64,000 bases of DNA from Candidatus Cryptobacteroides sp. Its GTDB lineage: Bacteria > Bacteroidota > Bacteroidia > Bacteroidales > UBA932. The position numbers were made by a program, and so were the translations under genes. Each line of letters starts with the position of its first letter. The stretch's first letter is position 1. Under the pieces are notes generated by a model that worked only from the letters and a program-made list of their open reading frames with translations, had not been told where the DNA came from and did no database searches. Of the stretch, positions 37,178 through 48,191 are shown one piece after another. The DNA lies in contig JAZUHY010000033.1 of the NCBI GenBank assembly GCA_045641985.1, forward strand, positions 33,985 to 97,984, written 5' to 3'.

Positions 37178-38479
37178 TTACTTCACAATCAGGTAGTGCT
37201 TTCCGAAACGTTCGAAGGCGGCTCTTTCGAGGGCCTCGCGGTCGTCCGGATGGGCGATGGAGGTCAGCAGTCGGGCGCGTTCCTGATAGCTCTTGCCGTA
37301 AAGGTTGACGGCACCCCACTCGGTCACGACCCAGTGCACGTGGAATCTTGAAGTCACGACGCCTGCGCCTTCCTTCAGTACCGGTGAGATTTTGGACACA
37401 CCTTTCTTCGTGCGTGAGGACATTGCTATGATAGGCACGCCTTCCTGGGCGAGGGATGCTCCGTAGATGAAGTCGATCTGTCCGCCGACGCCGCTGAAGT
37501 GTTTCGTGCCGATGGAGTCTGCGCAGACCTGGCCGGTGATGTCCATCTCCACAGCCGAGTTGATGGCAGTCATTCGGGGGTTCTTGGCAATCACATACGG
37601 ATCGTTGGTGTAGCCCACGTCCATCATCAATACGTCAGGGTTGTTGTCGATGAAGTCATAGACTTTCTGTGAACCCATCAGGAAAGTGGAAACTATCTTG
37701 CCCTTGTCGGTAACCTTGTTGGAGCCGTCGATGACGCCCTTTTCCACCAGGTCGAGCACGCCGTCAGCGAACATCTCCGTGTGGATACCGAGGTTCTTGT
37801 GGTTTCCGAGCTTTGCCAGAATGGCGTTGGGGAGCGCCCCGATTCCAAGCTGGAGACAGGCTCCGTCCTTGATGAGAGGCAGACAGTTCTCTCCGATGGC
37901 CAGGTCGGTCTCGTCAGGTACGACGACTTTGGCTTCCATAAGAGGAGTATCGTCCTGGACAAAGATATCTATCTGGTCCAATGAAATCATTGCCTGGCCG
38001 AAAGCGCGGGGTACGTGCGGATTGACTACGGCAATTACCGTTTTCGCACACTCCACGGCGGCGAGGGTCGCATCGACACTGGTGCCGAGGGACACCATTC
38101 CGTTCTCGTCCGGAGGACAAACCTGAATCATTGCCACGTCGCACGGCACGGCTCCGCAGCGGTACAGTTTCTGAGTCTCGGAAAGGAATACCGGGATGTA
38201 GTCTGCATATCCGCTCTGAACGCCTGCGCGGACATTACCGCCGATGAAGAAGCCCTGATGGAAGAAGATTCCGCTGTATTTCTCGTCAACGTAGGGCGCC
38301 GGGCCTTCAGTGTGAAGATGATGGATGCGCACATCCTCCAGTTCTCCGGCATCGCCTCTGCGGCAAAGGGCCTGAATCAGGCACTGCGGTGCGCTTGCAA
38401 CGCTGCTGAAATGTATGTGGTCGCCGGATTTGACAACCTTAACGGCTTCGTCAGCACTTACAAAATTAATCTGTTTCAT
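37178..38479 (-). CDS. Acetyl-CoA hydrolase/transferase family CoA-transferase (likely propionyl-CoA:succinate or acetate CoA-transferase)
   Basis: LQLGIGALP, HTEMFADG (catalytic Glu region), SGVGGQIDF, VVTEWG. Last gene of the propionate operon. Confidence 0.9.
   Translation of the reverse strand: MKQINFVSADEAVKVVKSGDHIHFSSVASAPQCLIQALCRRGDAGELEDVRIHHLHTEGPAPYVDEKYSGIFFHQGFFIGGNVRAGVQSGYADYIPVFLSETQKLYRCGAVPCDVAMIQVCPPDENGMVSLGTSVDATLAAVECAKTVIAVVNPHVPRAFGQAMISLDQIDIFVQDDTPLMEAKVVVPDETDLAIGENCLPLIKDGACLQLGIGALPNAILAKLGNHKNLGIHTEMFADGVLDLVEKGVIDGSNKVTDKGKIVSTFLMGSQKVYDFIDNNPDVLMMDVGYTNDPYVIAKNPRMTAINSAVEMDITGQVCADSIGTKHFSGVGGQIDFIYGASLAQEGVPIIAMSSRTKKGVSKISPVLKEGAGVVTSRFHVHWVVTEWGAVNLYGKSYQERARLLTSIAHPDDREALERAAFERFGKHYLIVK
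37192..37243. repeat. Right copy of the 52-bp direct repeat (in-frame 3' end of the CoA-transferase)
   Basis: The minus strand reads DREALERAAFERFGKHY; 47/52 identical to 35358-35409. Confidence 0.92.
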
Positions 38480-38488
38480 AAGCTCGTA

Positions 38489-40564
38489 CTATTCTTTTCC
38501 CAACAAAAGTTTCATCATTGTAGCTGCAGAATAAGCAATGGAAGTACCGGGACCGAAGATGGCCGCGACACCTGCCTTGTAGAGAGCATCATAGTCCTGG
38601 GTGGGTATCACACCGCCGGCAACGACCATAATGTCCTCACGGCCGAGCTTGCGGAGCTCCTCGATGAGTTTGGGGATGAGGGTCTTGTGGCCTGCGGCGA
38701 GCGATGATGCGCCTACGATGTGCACGTCATTCTCGACAGCTGCACGGGCGGCCTCTTCCGGAGTCTGGAAGAGAGGTCCCATATCCACGTCATACCCGCA
38801 GTCTGCGTAACCTGTGGCTACAACCTTCGCACCGCGGTCGTGTCCGTCCTGTCCCATCTTGGCGATGAAGATACGGGGACGGCGTCCTTCTTTCTTTGCG
38901 AATTCGTCTGTGAGGCGGACAGCTTCCTCGAACTGCTCGTCCTTCTTGTATTCTGAACTGTACACTCCTGAAATGGTTCTTATTGTTGCCTGATAACGGC
39001 CTACGACTTTCTCGCAGGCATCACTTATTTCGCCAAGGGTGCAGCGAAGCTTCGCGCATTCGATGGCGGCTTCAAGAAGATTGCCTTTCTTGGTGCGTAC
39101 GACCTCGGTAAGGGCATCGAGGGCTGCGCGGCAGGCCTTCTCGTCACGGTTGGCGCGAAGGGCTGTGAGAGACTCTTCCTGCTGCTTTCTTACCTCGGCG
39201 TTGTCAATCTCGAGAATATCGATGGGATCCTCGTGATCGAGGCCGTATTTGTTGATGCCGACAATTGTCTGCGCGCCGGAGTCGATACGCGCCTGTGTAC
39301 GGGCGGCAGCCTCTTCGATACGCATCTTCGGAACTCCGGTCTCGATGGCCTTTGCCATACCGCCGAGTTTCTCGACTTCCTCTATGAGGGCCCAGGCCTT
39401 CTCTACGAGTTCGTTTGTAAGGGTCTCCACATAGTATGAACCGGCCCAGGGATCAATCTGCTTGCAGACCTTGGTCTCGTTCTGGATGTAGATCTGGGTG
39501 TTGCGGGCGATACGGGCGGAGAAGTCCGTGGGAAGTGCAATGGCTTCGTCAAGAGCGTTGGTATGAAGGCTCTGGGTGTGGCCGAGCACGGCGGACATAG
39601 CCTCGACGGCGGTACGTCCTACGTTGTTGAAAGGATCCTGTGCGGTGAGGGACCATCCCGAAGTCTGGCTGTGGGTGCGCAGAGGCATTGATTTGTCGCT
39701 CTTTGCACCGAAGCTCTTCACAATCTTGGCCCAGAGAAGACGTCCTGCACGAAGCTTGGCAATCTCCATAAAGTGGTTCATTCCGATGCCCCAGAAGAAT
39801 GAAAGCCTGGGTGCGAACGCATCCACGTCGATGCCTGCATTGACACCGGCCCTGAGGTATTCCATACCGTCGGCAAGGGTGTATGCAAGCTCGATGTCAG
39901 CGGTGGCTCCGGCCTCCTGGATGTGGTATCCGGAGATGGAGATGCTGTTGAACTTGGGCATATTCTTGGATGTGAACTCGAAGATGTCGGCGATGATTCT
40001 CATCGAGAACTCGGGCGGGTAGATGTAGGTGTTGCGCACCATAAACTCTTTGAGGATATCGTTCTGGATGGTTCCGGCCATTTCCTCGAGCTTTGCGCCC
40101 TGCTCAAGACCGGTCACGATGTAGAATGCAAGGATAGGAAGCACGGCACCGTTCATTGTCATAGAAACGGACATCTTGTTCAGGGGGATTCCTTCGAAGA
40201 GCCTCTTCATATTCTCGACGGAGCAGATGCTGACGCCTGCCTTTCCCACGTCACCTATGACTCTCATATTGTCGGGGTCATAGCCACGGTGGGTAGGAAG
40301 GTCAAAGGCCACGGAGAGTCCCTTCTGGCCGGATGCCAGGTTGCGTCTGTAGAACGCGTTGGATTCCTCGGCTGTGGAGAATCCTGCATACTGGCGGATG
40401 GTCCACGGCTTGAAAGGATACATCATCGAATAGGGTCCGCGCAGGAAAGGAGGAAGTCCGGCGACGAAGTCCAGATGCTCCATTCCCTCGAGATCTTCCT
40501 TAGTATAAACCGCCTTCACGCCGATTTGTTCCGGGGTTTTCCAAACTATATCATTCTTTGCCAT
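38489..40564 (-). CDS. scpA: Methylmalonyl-CoA mutase, catalytic large subunit
   Basis: [33 protein letters not shown]12-binding GQDGHDRG. Confidence 0.97.
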   Translation of the reverse strand: MAKNDIVWKTPEQIGVKAVYTKEDLEGMEHLDFVAGLPPFLRGPYSMMYPFKPWTIRQYAGFSTAEESNAFYRRNLASGQKGLSVAFDLPTHRGYDPDNMRVIGDVGKAGVSICSVENMKRLFEGIPLNKMSVSMTMNGAVLPILAFYIVTGLEQGAKLEEMAGTIQNDILKEFMVRNTYIYPPEFSMRIIADIFEFTSKNMPKFNSISISGYHIQEAGATADIELAYTLADGMEYLRAGVNAGIDVDAFAPRLSFFWGIGMNHFMEIAKLRAGRLLWAKIVKSFGAKSDKSMPLRTHSQTSGWSLTAQDPFNNVGRTAVEAMSAVLGHTQSLHTNALDEAIALPTDFSARIARNTQIYIQNETKVCKQIDPWAGSYYVETLTNELVEKAWALIEEVEKLGGMAKAIETGVPKMRIEEAAARTQARIDSGAQTIVGINKYGLDHEDPIDILEIDNAEVRKQQEESLTALRANRDEKACRAALDALTEVVRTKKGNLLEAAIECAKLRCTLGEISDACEKVVGRYQATIRTISGVYSSEYKKDEQFEEAVRLTDEFAKKEGRRPRIFIAKMGQDGHDRGAKVVATGYADCGYDVDMGPLFQTPEEAARAAVENDVHIVGASSLAAGHKTLIPKLIEELRKLGREDIMVVAGGVIPTQDYDALYKAGVAAIFGPGTSIAYSAATMMKLLLGKE

Positions 40565-40566
40565 AA

Positions 40567-42411
40567 TTAGATACCGAGTTTTTGGTTAAACGATTTCAAG
40601 GTCTCGAGCTGGTTTACCCTGACGTGTATGAAGTTCTCGATGCCTGCGGCCTTGAGTTCTTCCGCGCATTCCGGGTTGCCCGCTACCACGAACAATGCCC
40701 TTCCTGCAAGACATTTGAATGCAGGGATGGCATACTGAGCATATTCCTCGTCGGATGAGCATATCACCACTATGTCGGCACCGGCCTTCATTGCGGCCTC
40801 GACGCCCTCTTCAACGGAGGCGAAACCAAGATTGTCCACTACCTTGTATCCGGCGGATGCAAGGAAATTGCAGGAGAACTGTGCGCGTGCCTGGCGCATT
40901 ACGAGGCTGCCGATGGTGAGCATAAATGCGACAGGCCTCTTTGCCGCTTTTTCCGTGGAAAGACGAAGGGTCTCGAACTCGGAAGAAAGTCTGGATGTGC
41001 TGATGCCTTTGTAGGGAGCATCCTCTTTTGCACATTTGCAGCAGCAGGTCATAGGTGCCTTTCCGTCCGAATTCTCCGTGAAATTAGGGAACTGGTTGGT
41101 TCCGAGGATGAATTCGCGGGACTGTGCGGCAAGGGTGTGGCGCTTGGTGTCGGAGGCGACGATGTCGTCCTGCACGAGGCCGTTCTTTGCATATTCCACA
41201 ATGCCGCCTCCCTCCTGAACCTTGAGGAAAATCTTCCAGGCTTCGGTTGCCAGGGAATCGGTAAGAACCTCGATGTAGTAGGAACCGCCTGCGGGGTCGA
41301 CGACCTTGTCGAAATGAGACTCCTCCTTGAGGAGAAGCTGCTGGTTGCGGGCGATGCGCTCGGAGAATTCATCCGGTTTTTCGTATGCGGCATCGAACGG
41401 TGTCACGGTAATGGAGTTGACACCTGCGATTGCCGCGGACATAGTCTCTGTCTGGGAACGGAGCAGATTGACATAGGAGTCAAACAGCGTCATATTGTAG
41501 AAGGAGGTCTTTGCGTGGATGCAGGCCTTGCAGGCTTCCTTGTCGTTTCCGGCAAATTCTTCGGCAATCCTGGACCAGAGCATACGGGCTGCACGGAATT
41601 TTGCTATTTCCATGAAGTAGTTGGTGCTGATGCCCATATTGAACTTGATTCTGCGTGCGATTTCGCCGCCTGCAACGCCTTCGTCTGCAAGGCGCTTCAT
41701 ATATTCGGCTCCCCAGGCAAGAGAATAACCGAGTTCCTGGACGATGTATGCACCGCTGTCGCTCAGAGCTGCTCCGTTCACTGATATGACCTTGAAGGCA
41801 GGATAAGCCTTGACAGTCTCAATCAAAGCCTTGCCGGTCGCTATCAGGCTCTCGGTATCCTTGCCCTTCATTATCAGGCCCTTGATAGGGTCGAAATCGA
41901 TGGATGCATTGATGCGCGCAGGGTCATAACCCTTGCCTGCGAAGTAAGCGACAAGAATCTGCGCGAGTTCAAGGGCGTGCTTGGGACATACCTTGAAGTT
42001 AAGCTCCACGCAGTCGCAATGGATGCCGTTGAGCAAAGTCTGCACATATTCTGCGCCGAGCTGCTCTGCGGGAACGGTGAAACCGAGTGAATCGATGCCT
42101 TTCCCGAGGACGTCGAGCGCTTTCCTGTTTGCATCTGCAGCGGATTCGCCGCAAATTTCCTGACGGACAAACCAGTTGTTGTCGTCCGCTTTGTTACCCC
42201 TTACATAAGGGAACTCTCCCGGCTCTGAGCCGATGGTGCTGAGCTTCTCCAGGTCCTCTTTCATATAGAAAGGCTGTACTGAGAATCCCTCGTCGGTCTT
42301 CCAAACCAGCTTTTTCTGGAAATCGGCCCCCTTGAGATCGACCTGAATCTTGTCAAGCCAATCCTGACGGGAGGGAGAAGTGAATTCGGAAAAAAGTTTT
42401 TTGTTTGACAT
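40567..42411 (-). CDS. mutA: Methylmalonyl-CoA mutase small subunit
   Basis: [28 protein letters not shown]-like, [11 protein letters not shown]; no DxHxxG motif. Start at MSNKK. Confidence 0.93.
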   Translation of the reverse strand: MSNKKLFSEFTSPSRQDWLDKIQVDLKGADFQKKLVWKTDEGFSVQPFYMKEDLEKLSTIGSEPGEFPYVRGNKADDNNWFVRQEICGESAADANRKALDVLGKGIDSLGFTVPAEQLGAEYVQTLLNGIHCDCVELNFKVCPKHALELAQILVAYFAGKGYDPARINASIDFDPIKGLIMKGKDTESLIATGKALIETVKAYPAFKVISVNGAALSDSGAYIVQELGYSLAWGAEYMKRLADEGVAGGEIARRIKFNMGISTNYFMEIAKFRAARMLWSRIAEEFAGNDKEACKACIHAKTSFYNMTLFDSYVNLLRSQTETMSAAIAGVNSITVTPFDAAYEKPDEFSERIARNQQLLLKEESHFDKVVDPAGGSYYIEVLTDSLATEAWKIFLKVQEGGGIVEYAKNGLVQDDIVASDTKRHTLAAQSREFILGTNQFPNFTENSDGKAPMTCCCKCAKEDAPYKGISTSRLSSEFETLRLSTEKAAKRPVAFMLTIGSLVMRQARAQFSCNFLASAGYKVVDNLGFASVEEGVEAAMKAGADIVVICSSDEEYAQYAIPAFKCLAGRALFVVAGNPECAEELKAAGIENFIHVRVNQLETLKSFNQKLGI

Positions 42412-42437
42412 TTTGTCTGTAATTATTGAAATATAAT

Positions 42438-43529
42438 CTATTTTATCAGTCTGTAGTATTCGTCCAGTAGCGAATGCGCTGCGGTGAATGGCGTCATACG
42501 GCCGTTCCAAACGGATTCTTCGGCCTGGCTCAGGCGTATTTCCATCCTGTGATAGAAATCGCCGAGAATGGCCGAGTCGATGGTCTCTCTCATCCAGTAG
42601 TTGTTCTGCCGGCGGCGGCGTATGTCGAAGTACCCGTTTGTCTTCACAAAGTCTATGTAGGAAAAGACCATTTCAAAAATCTCCTTTATGCCGGTGCCGT
42701 TCAGCCCCGAGTAGGTGAGGACCTGACGTGTCCAGCCGCTTTCGGGAGCGGGGAAAAAGTGAAATGCGCCACGCAGCTGGATTGCCGAAAGTTTGCAGGC
42801 ATCCACATTGTCTCCGTCACATTTGTTGATGGCAATTCCGTCAGCCATTTCCATAATCCCGCGTTTGATGCCCTGGAGTTCGTCTCCCGCGCCGGAAAGC
42901 TGGATTACCAGGAAGAAATCCACCATAGACTGGCAGGCGGTCTCGCTCTGGCCCACACCGACTGTCTCGATGAAAATCTTGTCGAAACCGGCGGCTTCGC
43001 AGAGCAGTACGGTCTCTCTTGTCTTGCGGGCCACTCCTCCGAGACTGCCGGCCGATGGACTTGGACGGATGAAGGCGTCCCTGCGCTGAACAAGGGTCTC
43101 CATACGGGTCTTGTCTCCAAGGATGCTGCCTTTGCCGAACTCCGATGACGGGTCGATGGCAAGCACTGCCAGTTTGCCTCCGTAATTGTCCAACAAATGT
43201 ACGCCGAACTTGTCTATGGACGTACTCTTGCCTGCTCCCGGCACGCCGCTGATGCCTATGCGTACCGACTTTCCGCTGAGGGGAAGGCATTTTTCGATAA
43301 CTTCCTGCGCCTTGGCATAATGGTCGGGATTGGTGCTTTCCACAAGCGTGACTGCCTGTGACAGGACTGTTATGTCGCCCTTCGATATGCCCTCAACCAT
43401 TTCCGCCACGGAAAGTTCGTGGTGACGGAAACTGTTCCTTCCAAGATACGGGTTGACTGCTGGCGGCTGCGCGACGCCTTCGTTTACCACAAGTCCCTTG
43501 TAGGCTTTATCGTTTTCCGGGTGTTCCAT
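42438..43529 (-). CDS. meaB: Methylmalonyl-CoA mutase-associated GTPase
   Basis: GISGVPGAGKST, AIDPSS, GDKTRM, ETVGVGQSE, GDELQGIKRG, NKCD. Confidence 0.96.
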   Translation of the reverse strand: MEHPENDKAYKGLVVNEGVAQPPAVNPYLGRNSFRHHELSVAEMVEGISKGDITVLSQAVTLVESTNPDHYAKAQEVIEKCLPLSGKSVRIGISGVPGAGKSTSIDKFGVHLLDNYGGKLAVLAIDPSSEFGKGSILGDKTRMETLVQRRDAFIRPSPSAGSLGGVARKTRETVLLCEAAGFDKIFIETVGVGQSETACQSMVDFFLVIQLSGAGDELQGIKRGIMEMADGIAINKCDGDNVDACKLSAIQLRGAFHFFPAPESGWTRQVLTYSGLNGTGIKEIFEMVFSYIDFVKTNGYFDIRRRRQNNYWMRETIDSAILGDFYHRMEIRLSQAEESVWNGRMTPFTAAHSLLDEYYRLIK

Positions 43530-43541
43530 TTCACCGACATT

Positions 43542-44099
43542 TTAAAGTTTCGTGTCTTCTATGCCCGCATCGGCATTGAGCCTGCGTGAGAGTGCGAACA
43601 GCAGGTCGGAAAGGCGGTTGAGGTACTTCAGCGCCCCGTTGCTGTCCGGATCAATCTGATTCTCGCAGAGGAATGCCACGACGCGGCGTTCCGCCCTTCT
43701 GCATACAGTCCTGCATACCTGACATTGGCAGGAAGCCGGACTTCCTGCGGGGAGGATGAAGCATTTGAGCGGCGGCAGACTGCGCTCGATGGAGTCAATT
43801 TCTGTTTCGAGAGCCTTGATTTCCCCGGTGAACGTCATTTCAGAGCCGGGGCAGGCTATCGCAGCTCCAACCGCGAAGAGCTCCCGGATAATCCTTTCCA
43901 GCAGTGGGGTATAATATGAAACTCTGCGGTTGGCAGGTAAATTGCCATCCGCAGAGCATAATGAGTTCAGAAAAGAAATCTGCGAGCCCAGTTCGTCCAC
44001 TTCCCCGTAGGCTTCCACTCGGGCATCAGCTTTGGACACTCGTCTTCCGTCCGGCAGGGACGTGCTCCCGCTATCTCCTTTCCGGGTATAAAGCGACAT
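43542..44099 (-). CDS. PduO-type cob(I)alamin adenosyltransferase
   Basis: LYTRKGDSG.T, RVEAYGEVDEL, RTVCRRAER, YLNRLSDLLF. Confidence 0.93.
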   Translation of the reverse strand: MSLYTRKGDSGSTSLPDGRRVSKADARVEAYGEVDELGSQISFLNSLCSADGNLPANRRVSYYTPLLERIIRELFAVGAAIACPGSEMTFTGEIKALETEIDSIERSLPPLKCFILPAGSPASCQCQVCRTVCRRAERRVVAFLCENQIDPDSNGALKYLNRLSDLLFALSRRLNADAGIEDTKL

Positions 44100-44509
44100 T
44101 ACTTTTTCTTTTCACAAAGTTCGGTGAGAATGCTTTGGGTAGCCTTGGGATGAAGGAAAGCAATGTTCATTCCGTCAGCGCCCGCTCTGGGAGCCGCATC
44201 AATGGTGCGGATTGATTTTTCGCCGCATTCTGCAAGTGCGTTTGCGACGCCATCCTCTACGGCGTATGCCATATGATGGAATCCGGGGCCTCTTGTCTCA
44301 AGGAACTTTGCCACAGTGCTGTCGGGGCTTGTGGGCTCAAGAAGTTCGAGCTTGGTGTCACCGACCTTGAGGAAGGCGGTCTTGACCTTCTGGTCTGCTA
44401 CTTCTTCAGTCTTGTAGCATTCGAAACCAAGAACGTTTTCATAGAAGGGGAGTGCCTCTTCTATGCTGTTTACGGCTATGCCGATGTGTTCGATATGTGA
44501 TATTTTCAT
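44099..44509 (-). CDS. mce: Methylmalonyl-CoA epimerase
   Basis: HIEHIGIAV, DQKVKTAF, LELLEP, GFHHMAYAV, FLHPK. Confidence 0.95.
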   Translation of the reverse strand: MKISHIEHIGIAVNSIEEALPFYENVLGFECYKTEEVADQKVKTAFLKVGDTKLELLEPTSPDSTVAKFLETRGPGFHHMAYAVEDGVANALAECGEKSIRTIDAAPRAGADGMNIAFLHPKATQSILTELCEKKK

Positions 44510-44555
44510 AATACTGTTTTGTTAAGTCATTTTTTCATCATTCCTAAATGATTTA

Positions 44556-45698
44556 TTATCCGAGGAACCCGAGGAGGATACCGGCAGCTACGGCCGAACC
44601 GATGACGCCGGCAACGTTAGGTGCCATAGCGTGCATCAGGAGGTGGTTGCCCGGGTCGCACTCCAGACCGACCACTTCGGATACACGGGCGCTGTCAGGC
44701 ACTGCCGACACACCAGCGTTGCCGATGAGAGGGTTGATCTTGTGTCCTTCCTTGCAGAAGAGGTTCATAAACTTGACGAAGAGCACGCCGCAGGTGGTGG
44801 CGATGACGAACGAGAGAAGTCCGAGTCCGAAAATCTTCACGGAGTTGCCCGACAGGAATACGTCAGCCTGGGTTGACGCTCCAACGGTGAGGCCGATGAG
44901 TGTGGTCACAACGTCGATGAGCGGTCCGCGGGCTGTCTCGGCGAGACGGCGGGTAACGCCTGACTCCTTGAGAAGGTTGCCGAAGAACAGCATACCGAGC
45001 AGGGGAAGACCTGACGGAACGAGGAACGCAGTGCAGATGAATCCGATGATAGGGAAGATAATCTTCTCTTTCTGGCTTACCACGCGGGGCTTGGCCATAC
45101 GGATGAGACGCTCTTTCTTGGTGGTAAGAAGCAGCATTATCGGCTTCTGGATTACAGGTACGAGCGCCATATATGAGTATGCCGACACGGCAATGGCTCC
45201 CATAAGCTCCGGTGCGAGACGTCCGCTGAGGAAGATGGCCGTAGGACCGTCAGCTCCACCGATGATACCGATGGCACCTGCTTCGCTGGGAGTGAATCCG
45301 AGTACAAGTGCGAGAAGGTATGCGCCGAAGATACCGCACTGAGCGGCTGCTCCGATGAGAATCAGTCGGGGCTGTGATATCAGTGCGGAGAAGTCGGTCA
45401 TTGCGCCGATGCCCAGGAAAATGAGAGGCGGGTACCAGCCTTGTCTTACGCCCTGATACAATATGTTGAGCACGGAGTTCTGCTCATAGATGCTCACCTG
45501 AAGGCCCGGGAAGAGCGGGATGTTGCCCACAATCATACCGAAACCGATGGGCACCAGCAGGAGCGGCTCCCAATGTTTGACAATACCGAGGGTGATGAAA
45601 ATCAGGCCTATGCCTATCATCACCAGGTGCTGCCAGGTGCAATTCGCAAATCCGGTGAACTGCCAGAATTGCTGGAGACTTTCGAGTATATTTTCCAT
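44556..45698 (-). CDS. mmdB: Na+-translocating decarboxylase beta subunit (MmdB/OadB)
   Basis: EPLLLVPIGFG, PPLIFLGIGAMTDF, IGIIGGADGPT, AGVSAVP, NVAGVIGSA. Confidence 0.95.
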   Translation of the reverse strand: MENILESLQQFWQFTGFANCTWQHLVMIGIGLIFITLGIVKHWEPLLLVPIGFGMIVGNIPLFPGLQVSIYEQNSVLNILYQGVRQGWYPPLIFLGIGAMTDFSALISQPRLILIGAAAQCGIFGAYLLALVLGFTPSEAGAIGIIGGADGPTAIFLSGRLAPELMGAIAVSAYSYMALVPVIQKPIMLLLTTKKERLIRMAKPRVVSQKEKIIFPIIGFICTAFLVPSGLPLLGMLFFGNLLKESGVTRRLAETARGPLIDVVTTLIGLTVGASTQADVFLSGNSVKIFGLGLLSFVIATTCGVLFVKFMNLFCKEGHKINPLIGNAGVSAVPDSARVSEVVGLECDPGNHLLMHAMAPNVAGVIGSAVAAGILLGFLG

Positions 45699-46159
45699 TA
45701 AGCGACAGTTACTATGTTGGCACCTTCGAGCACTGAGTCACCCTTTGCTACGTGGATGGCCGAGACTGTACCTTCGTATTCTGAAAGAATCTCGTTCTCC
45801 ATTTTCATAGCCTCGAGGACTGCGAGTTTCTGACCTCTCTTGACAGCCTGGCCTTCCTTTACATCCACGCTGAGTATGACGCCGGGAAGGGGACTCTTCA
45901 CGACCTTGCCTCCGGCCGGAGCCGCCGCCTTCGGGGCTGCCGGAGCTGCTGCGGGAGCCGGGGCGGCCTGTGCTGCAGGAGCCGCAGGTGCTGCTGCCGG
46001 TGCCGCTGCAGGGGCTGCTGCAGGAGCGGGTGCCGGAGCATTTTCGAGTTCAACATTGTATGAAACACCGTTCACTGTGACATCGGCGTTCTTGCCTTCG
46101 ATGCCGTTGATGGCCACGTTATATTCGTTGCCGTTGATTTTGAATTTATATTCTTTCAT
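45698..46159 (-). CDS. mmdC: Biotin carboxyl-carrier subunit (MmdC)
   Basis: Start MKEYKF, Ala/Pro linker, SPLPG, LEAMKMENE biotinylation site. Confidence 0.95.
   Translation of the reverse strand: MKEYKFKINGNEYNVAINGIEGKNADVTVNGVSYNVELENAPAPAPAAAPAAAPAAAPAAPAAQAAPAPAAAPAAPKAAAPAGGKVVKSPLPGVILSVDVKEGQAVKRGQKLAVLEAMKMENEILSEYEGTVSAIHVAKGDSVLEGANIVTVA
45914..46040 (-). repeat. Ala/Pro-rich low-complexity linker within the biotin carrier gene
   Basis: APAPAPAAAPAAAPAAAPAAPAAQAAPAPAAAPAAPKAAAPA. Confidence 0.85.
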
Positions 46160-46164
46160 AATTA

Positions 46165-46602
46165 TTACTGTTTTCTGAGGTTGAACATTTTGTTTCCCCA
46201 AGCACTCTGGCCGGGTTTTATGGTGAGCACGAAAGGCCCGCCGTCGTGAGAGCTGCAAGCGGTGTGCAGGTGAAGCGCGGTGGCGATGGCGGCATAGACC
46301 TCGTCGCCCCCGTTCATCTGAAGAGCCAGCGCTATGGCTGCGGCTACCTTGTCATCCGCCTTTCCGGACACTGCCTTCGCGGCTTTGACCTTCTTCTCCT
46401 TGGGGGCTTTCTTGTATTTCCCCGAGAAGATGTTGCCGGACAGGTTGTAGATGAAATAGAGGATTATGAGGCCGAGAAACACAGTGCTTACGGCAATGAG
46501 CGTAAGGGTCCATCCGTGCGGGTCGGTCTGCCACAGACTTTCGGCCTTGGCTGTTATGGTGTGACCGTCAATGTACGGTCTGGCTTCAAGCAGGTTTATC
46601 AT
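46165..46602 (-). CDS. OadG/MmdD-family decarboxylase anchor subunit
   Basis: Single TM segment ([16 protein letters not shown]), AAIALAL repeats, located between mmdA and mmdC. Confidence 0.85.
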   Translation of the reverse strand: MINLLEARPYIDGHTITAKAESLWQTDPHGWTLTLIAVSTVFLGLIILYFIYNLSGNIFSGKYKKAPKEKKVKAAKAVSGKADDKVAAAIALALQMNGGDEVYAAIATALHLHTACSSHDGGPFVLTIKPGQSAWGNKMFNLRKQ

Positions 46603-48152
46603 AACGGCAGATTATCGTGTTTCTTGGCAGGAACGTTCTGCTGTTTGCCTCGAAGCGATTCGAGAGCGCGAATCACGCGGAAACGTGTGGTTGCAGGTTC
46701 GATTACATCCTCGATATAACCCTTCTGCGCTGCCTGATAAGGATTTGCGAAGAGGTCATTGTACTCGGCTGTGCGTGCGGCCTTGATCTGGGCCCTCTTT
46801 TCAGGGTCTTCCTCTTCCTTGAGTTCCTTTCCGTAGAGGACGCCCACTGCGCCGTCGGCACCCATCACAGCTATGTTGGCTGAAGGCCAGGCGTAGTTGA
46901 TGTCGCCGCGCAGCTGCTTGCAGCTCATCACGATGTGGGCTCCGCCGTAGCTCTTGCGCAGAGTCACCGTAACCTTGGGAACGGTAGCCTCGCCGTATGC
47001 ATAGAGAAGTTTCGCTCCGTGGGTGATGATGCCGCCGTACTCCTGCTGTGTGCCGCAGAGGAATCCCGGAACGTCCACGAGGGTCACGAGAGGAATGTTG
47101 AATGCGTCGCAGAAACGCACGAACCTTGCGGCCTTGCGGCTTGCGTTGATGTCGAGCACTCCGGCCATAGCCTTCGGCTGGTTTGCCACGACGCCTACGC
47201 TCTGCCCGTTCATATGGGCGAAGCCGACGATTATGTTCTTCGCGAAGGAGGCGTGAACCTCGAAGAAATCGCCGTCATCCACTATGCTGTTGATAACGGT
47301 GTACATATCATAGGCCTGATTGAGATTCTCGGGAATGAATGTATTGAGAGAGTCGTCGAGTCTGCCTGCAGGATCGTTCGTGGGCTTCGCGGGCGCTTCC
47401 TCCAGATTGTTCTGGGGGAGGAAGGAGAGAAGCTTCTTCAGTGATGCGATGGCCTCGGTCTCGGTCTCGGCGGCGAAATGAGCCACACCGCTCTTGGAGG
47501 TGTGAACCCAGGATCCGCCAAGGTCTTCCTGAGTTACCACTTCACCGGTAACGCTCTTCACGACGGACGGTCCGGTGAGGAACATATATGAGGTGTCCTT
47601 CACCATAAGGGTGAAGTCGGTCAGAGCCGGGGAGTAAACCGCTCCGCCGGCGCAGGGGCCGAAGATGCCGCTGATCTGGGGGATTACTCCCGAGCAGAGG
47701 ATATTCCTTTCGAAAATGTCGGCATATCCTGCAAGGGCGTCGATGCCCTCCTGAATACGCGCTCCGCCGGAGTCATTGATGCCGATGAACGGTGCTCCGC
47801 ACTGCAGGGCCATATCCATAACCTTGCAGATTTTCTCGGACATCGTCTTGCTCAAAGAGCCGCCGCTGACGGTGAAATCCTGAGCGAAAACATAAACGAT
47901 ACGACCGTCAATCGTACCTCTGCCCGTTACGACACCATCTCCGTCGGTGTGGGATTTTTCCATACCGAAATTGGTGCAACGGTGCTGAACGAAGGTGTCG
48001 AATTCTTCGAAACTGCCTTCATCAAGCAGGAGAGCCAGACGCTCGCGTGCGGTCATTTTTCCTTTCTCGTGCTGTGCATCGATTCTTTTCTGACCTCCGC
48101 CAAGCTCGGCTTTGGCCCTGCGGGCCTTGAGAGAACTGAGTTTGTCTTCCAT
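46599..48152 (-). CDS. mmdA: Methylmalonyl-CoA decarboxylase/acyl-CoA carboxylase carboxyltransferase subunit
   Basis: [60 protein letters not shown]. Confidence 0.93.
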   Translation of the reverse strand: MEDKLSSLKARRAKAELGGGQKRIDAQHEKGKMTARERLALLLDEGSFEEFDTFVQHRCTNFGMEKSHTDGDGVVTGRGTIDGRIVYVFAQDFTVSGGSLSKTMSEKICKVMDMALQCGAPFIGINDSGGARIQEGIDALAGYADIFERNILCSGVIPQISGIFGPCAGGAVYSPALTDFTLMVKDTSYMFLTGPSVVKSVTGEVVTQEDLGGSWVHTSKSGVAHFAAETETEAIASLKKLLSFLPQNNLEEAPAKPTNDPAGRLDDSLNTFIPENLNQAYDMYTVINSIVDDGDFFEVHASFAKNIIVGFAHMNGQSVGVVANQPKAMAGVLDINASRKAARFVRFCDAFNIPLVTLVDVPGFLCGTQQEYGGIITHGAKLLYAYGEATVPKVTVTLRKSYGGAHIVMSCKQLRGDINYAWPSANIAVMGADGAVGVLYGKELKEEEDPEKRAQIKAARTAEYNDLFANPYQAAQKGYIEDVIEPATTRFRVIRALESLRGKQQNVPAKKHDNLPL

Positions 48153-48191
48153 ATCTTAAATTAAAACGTTGTAATTTGCAGGTGAATTGCG

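Noticed and set aside
45914-46040. Repetitive GC-rich tract that could look like a tandem repeat array
   Set aside because: It is the ordinary Ala/Pro linker of a biotin-carrier subunit.
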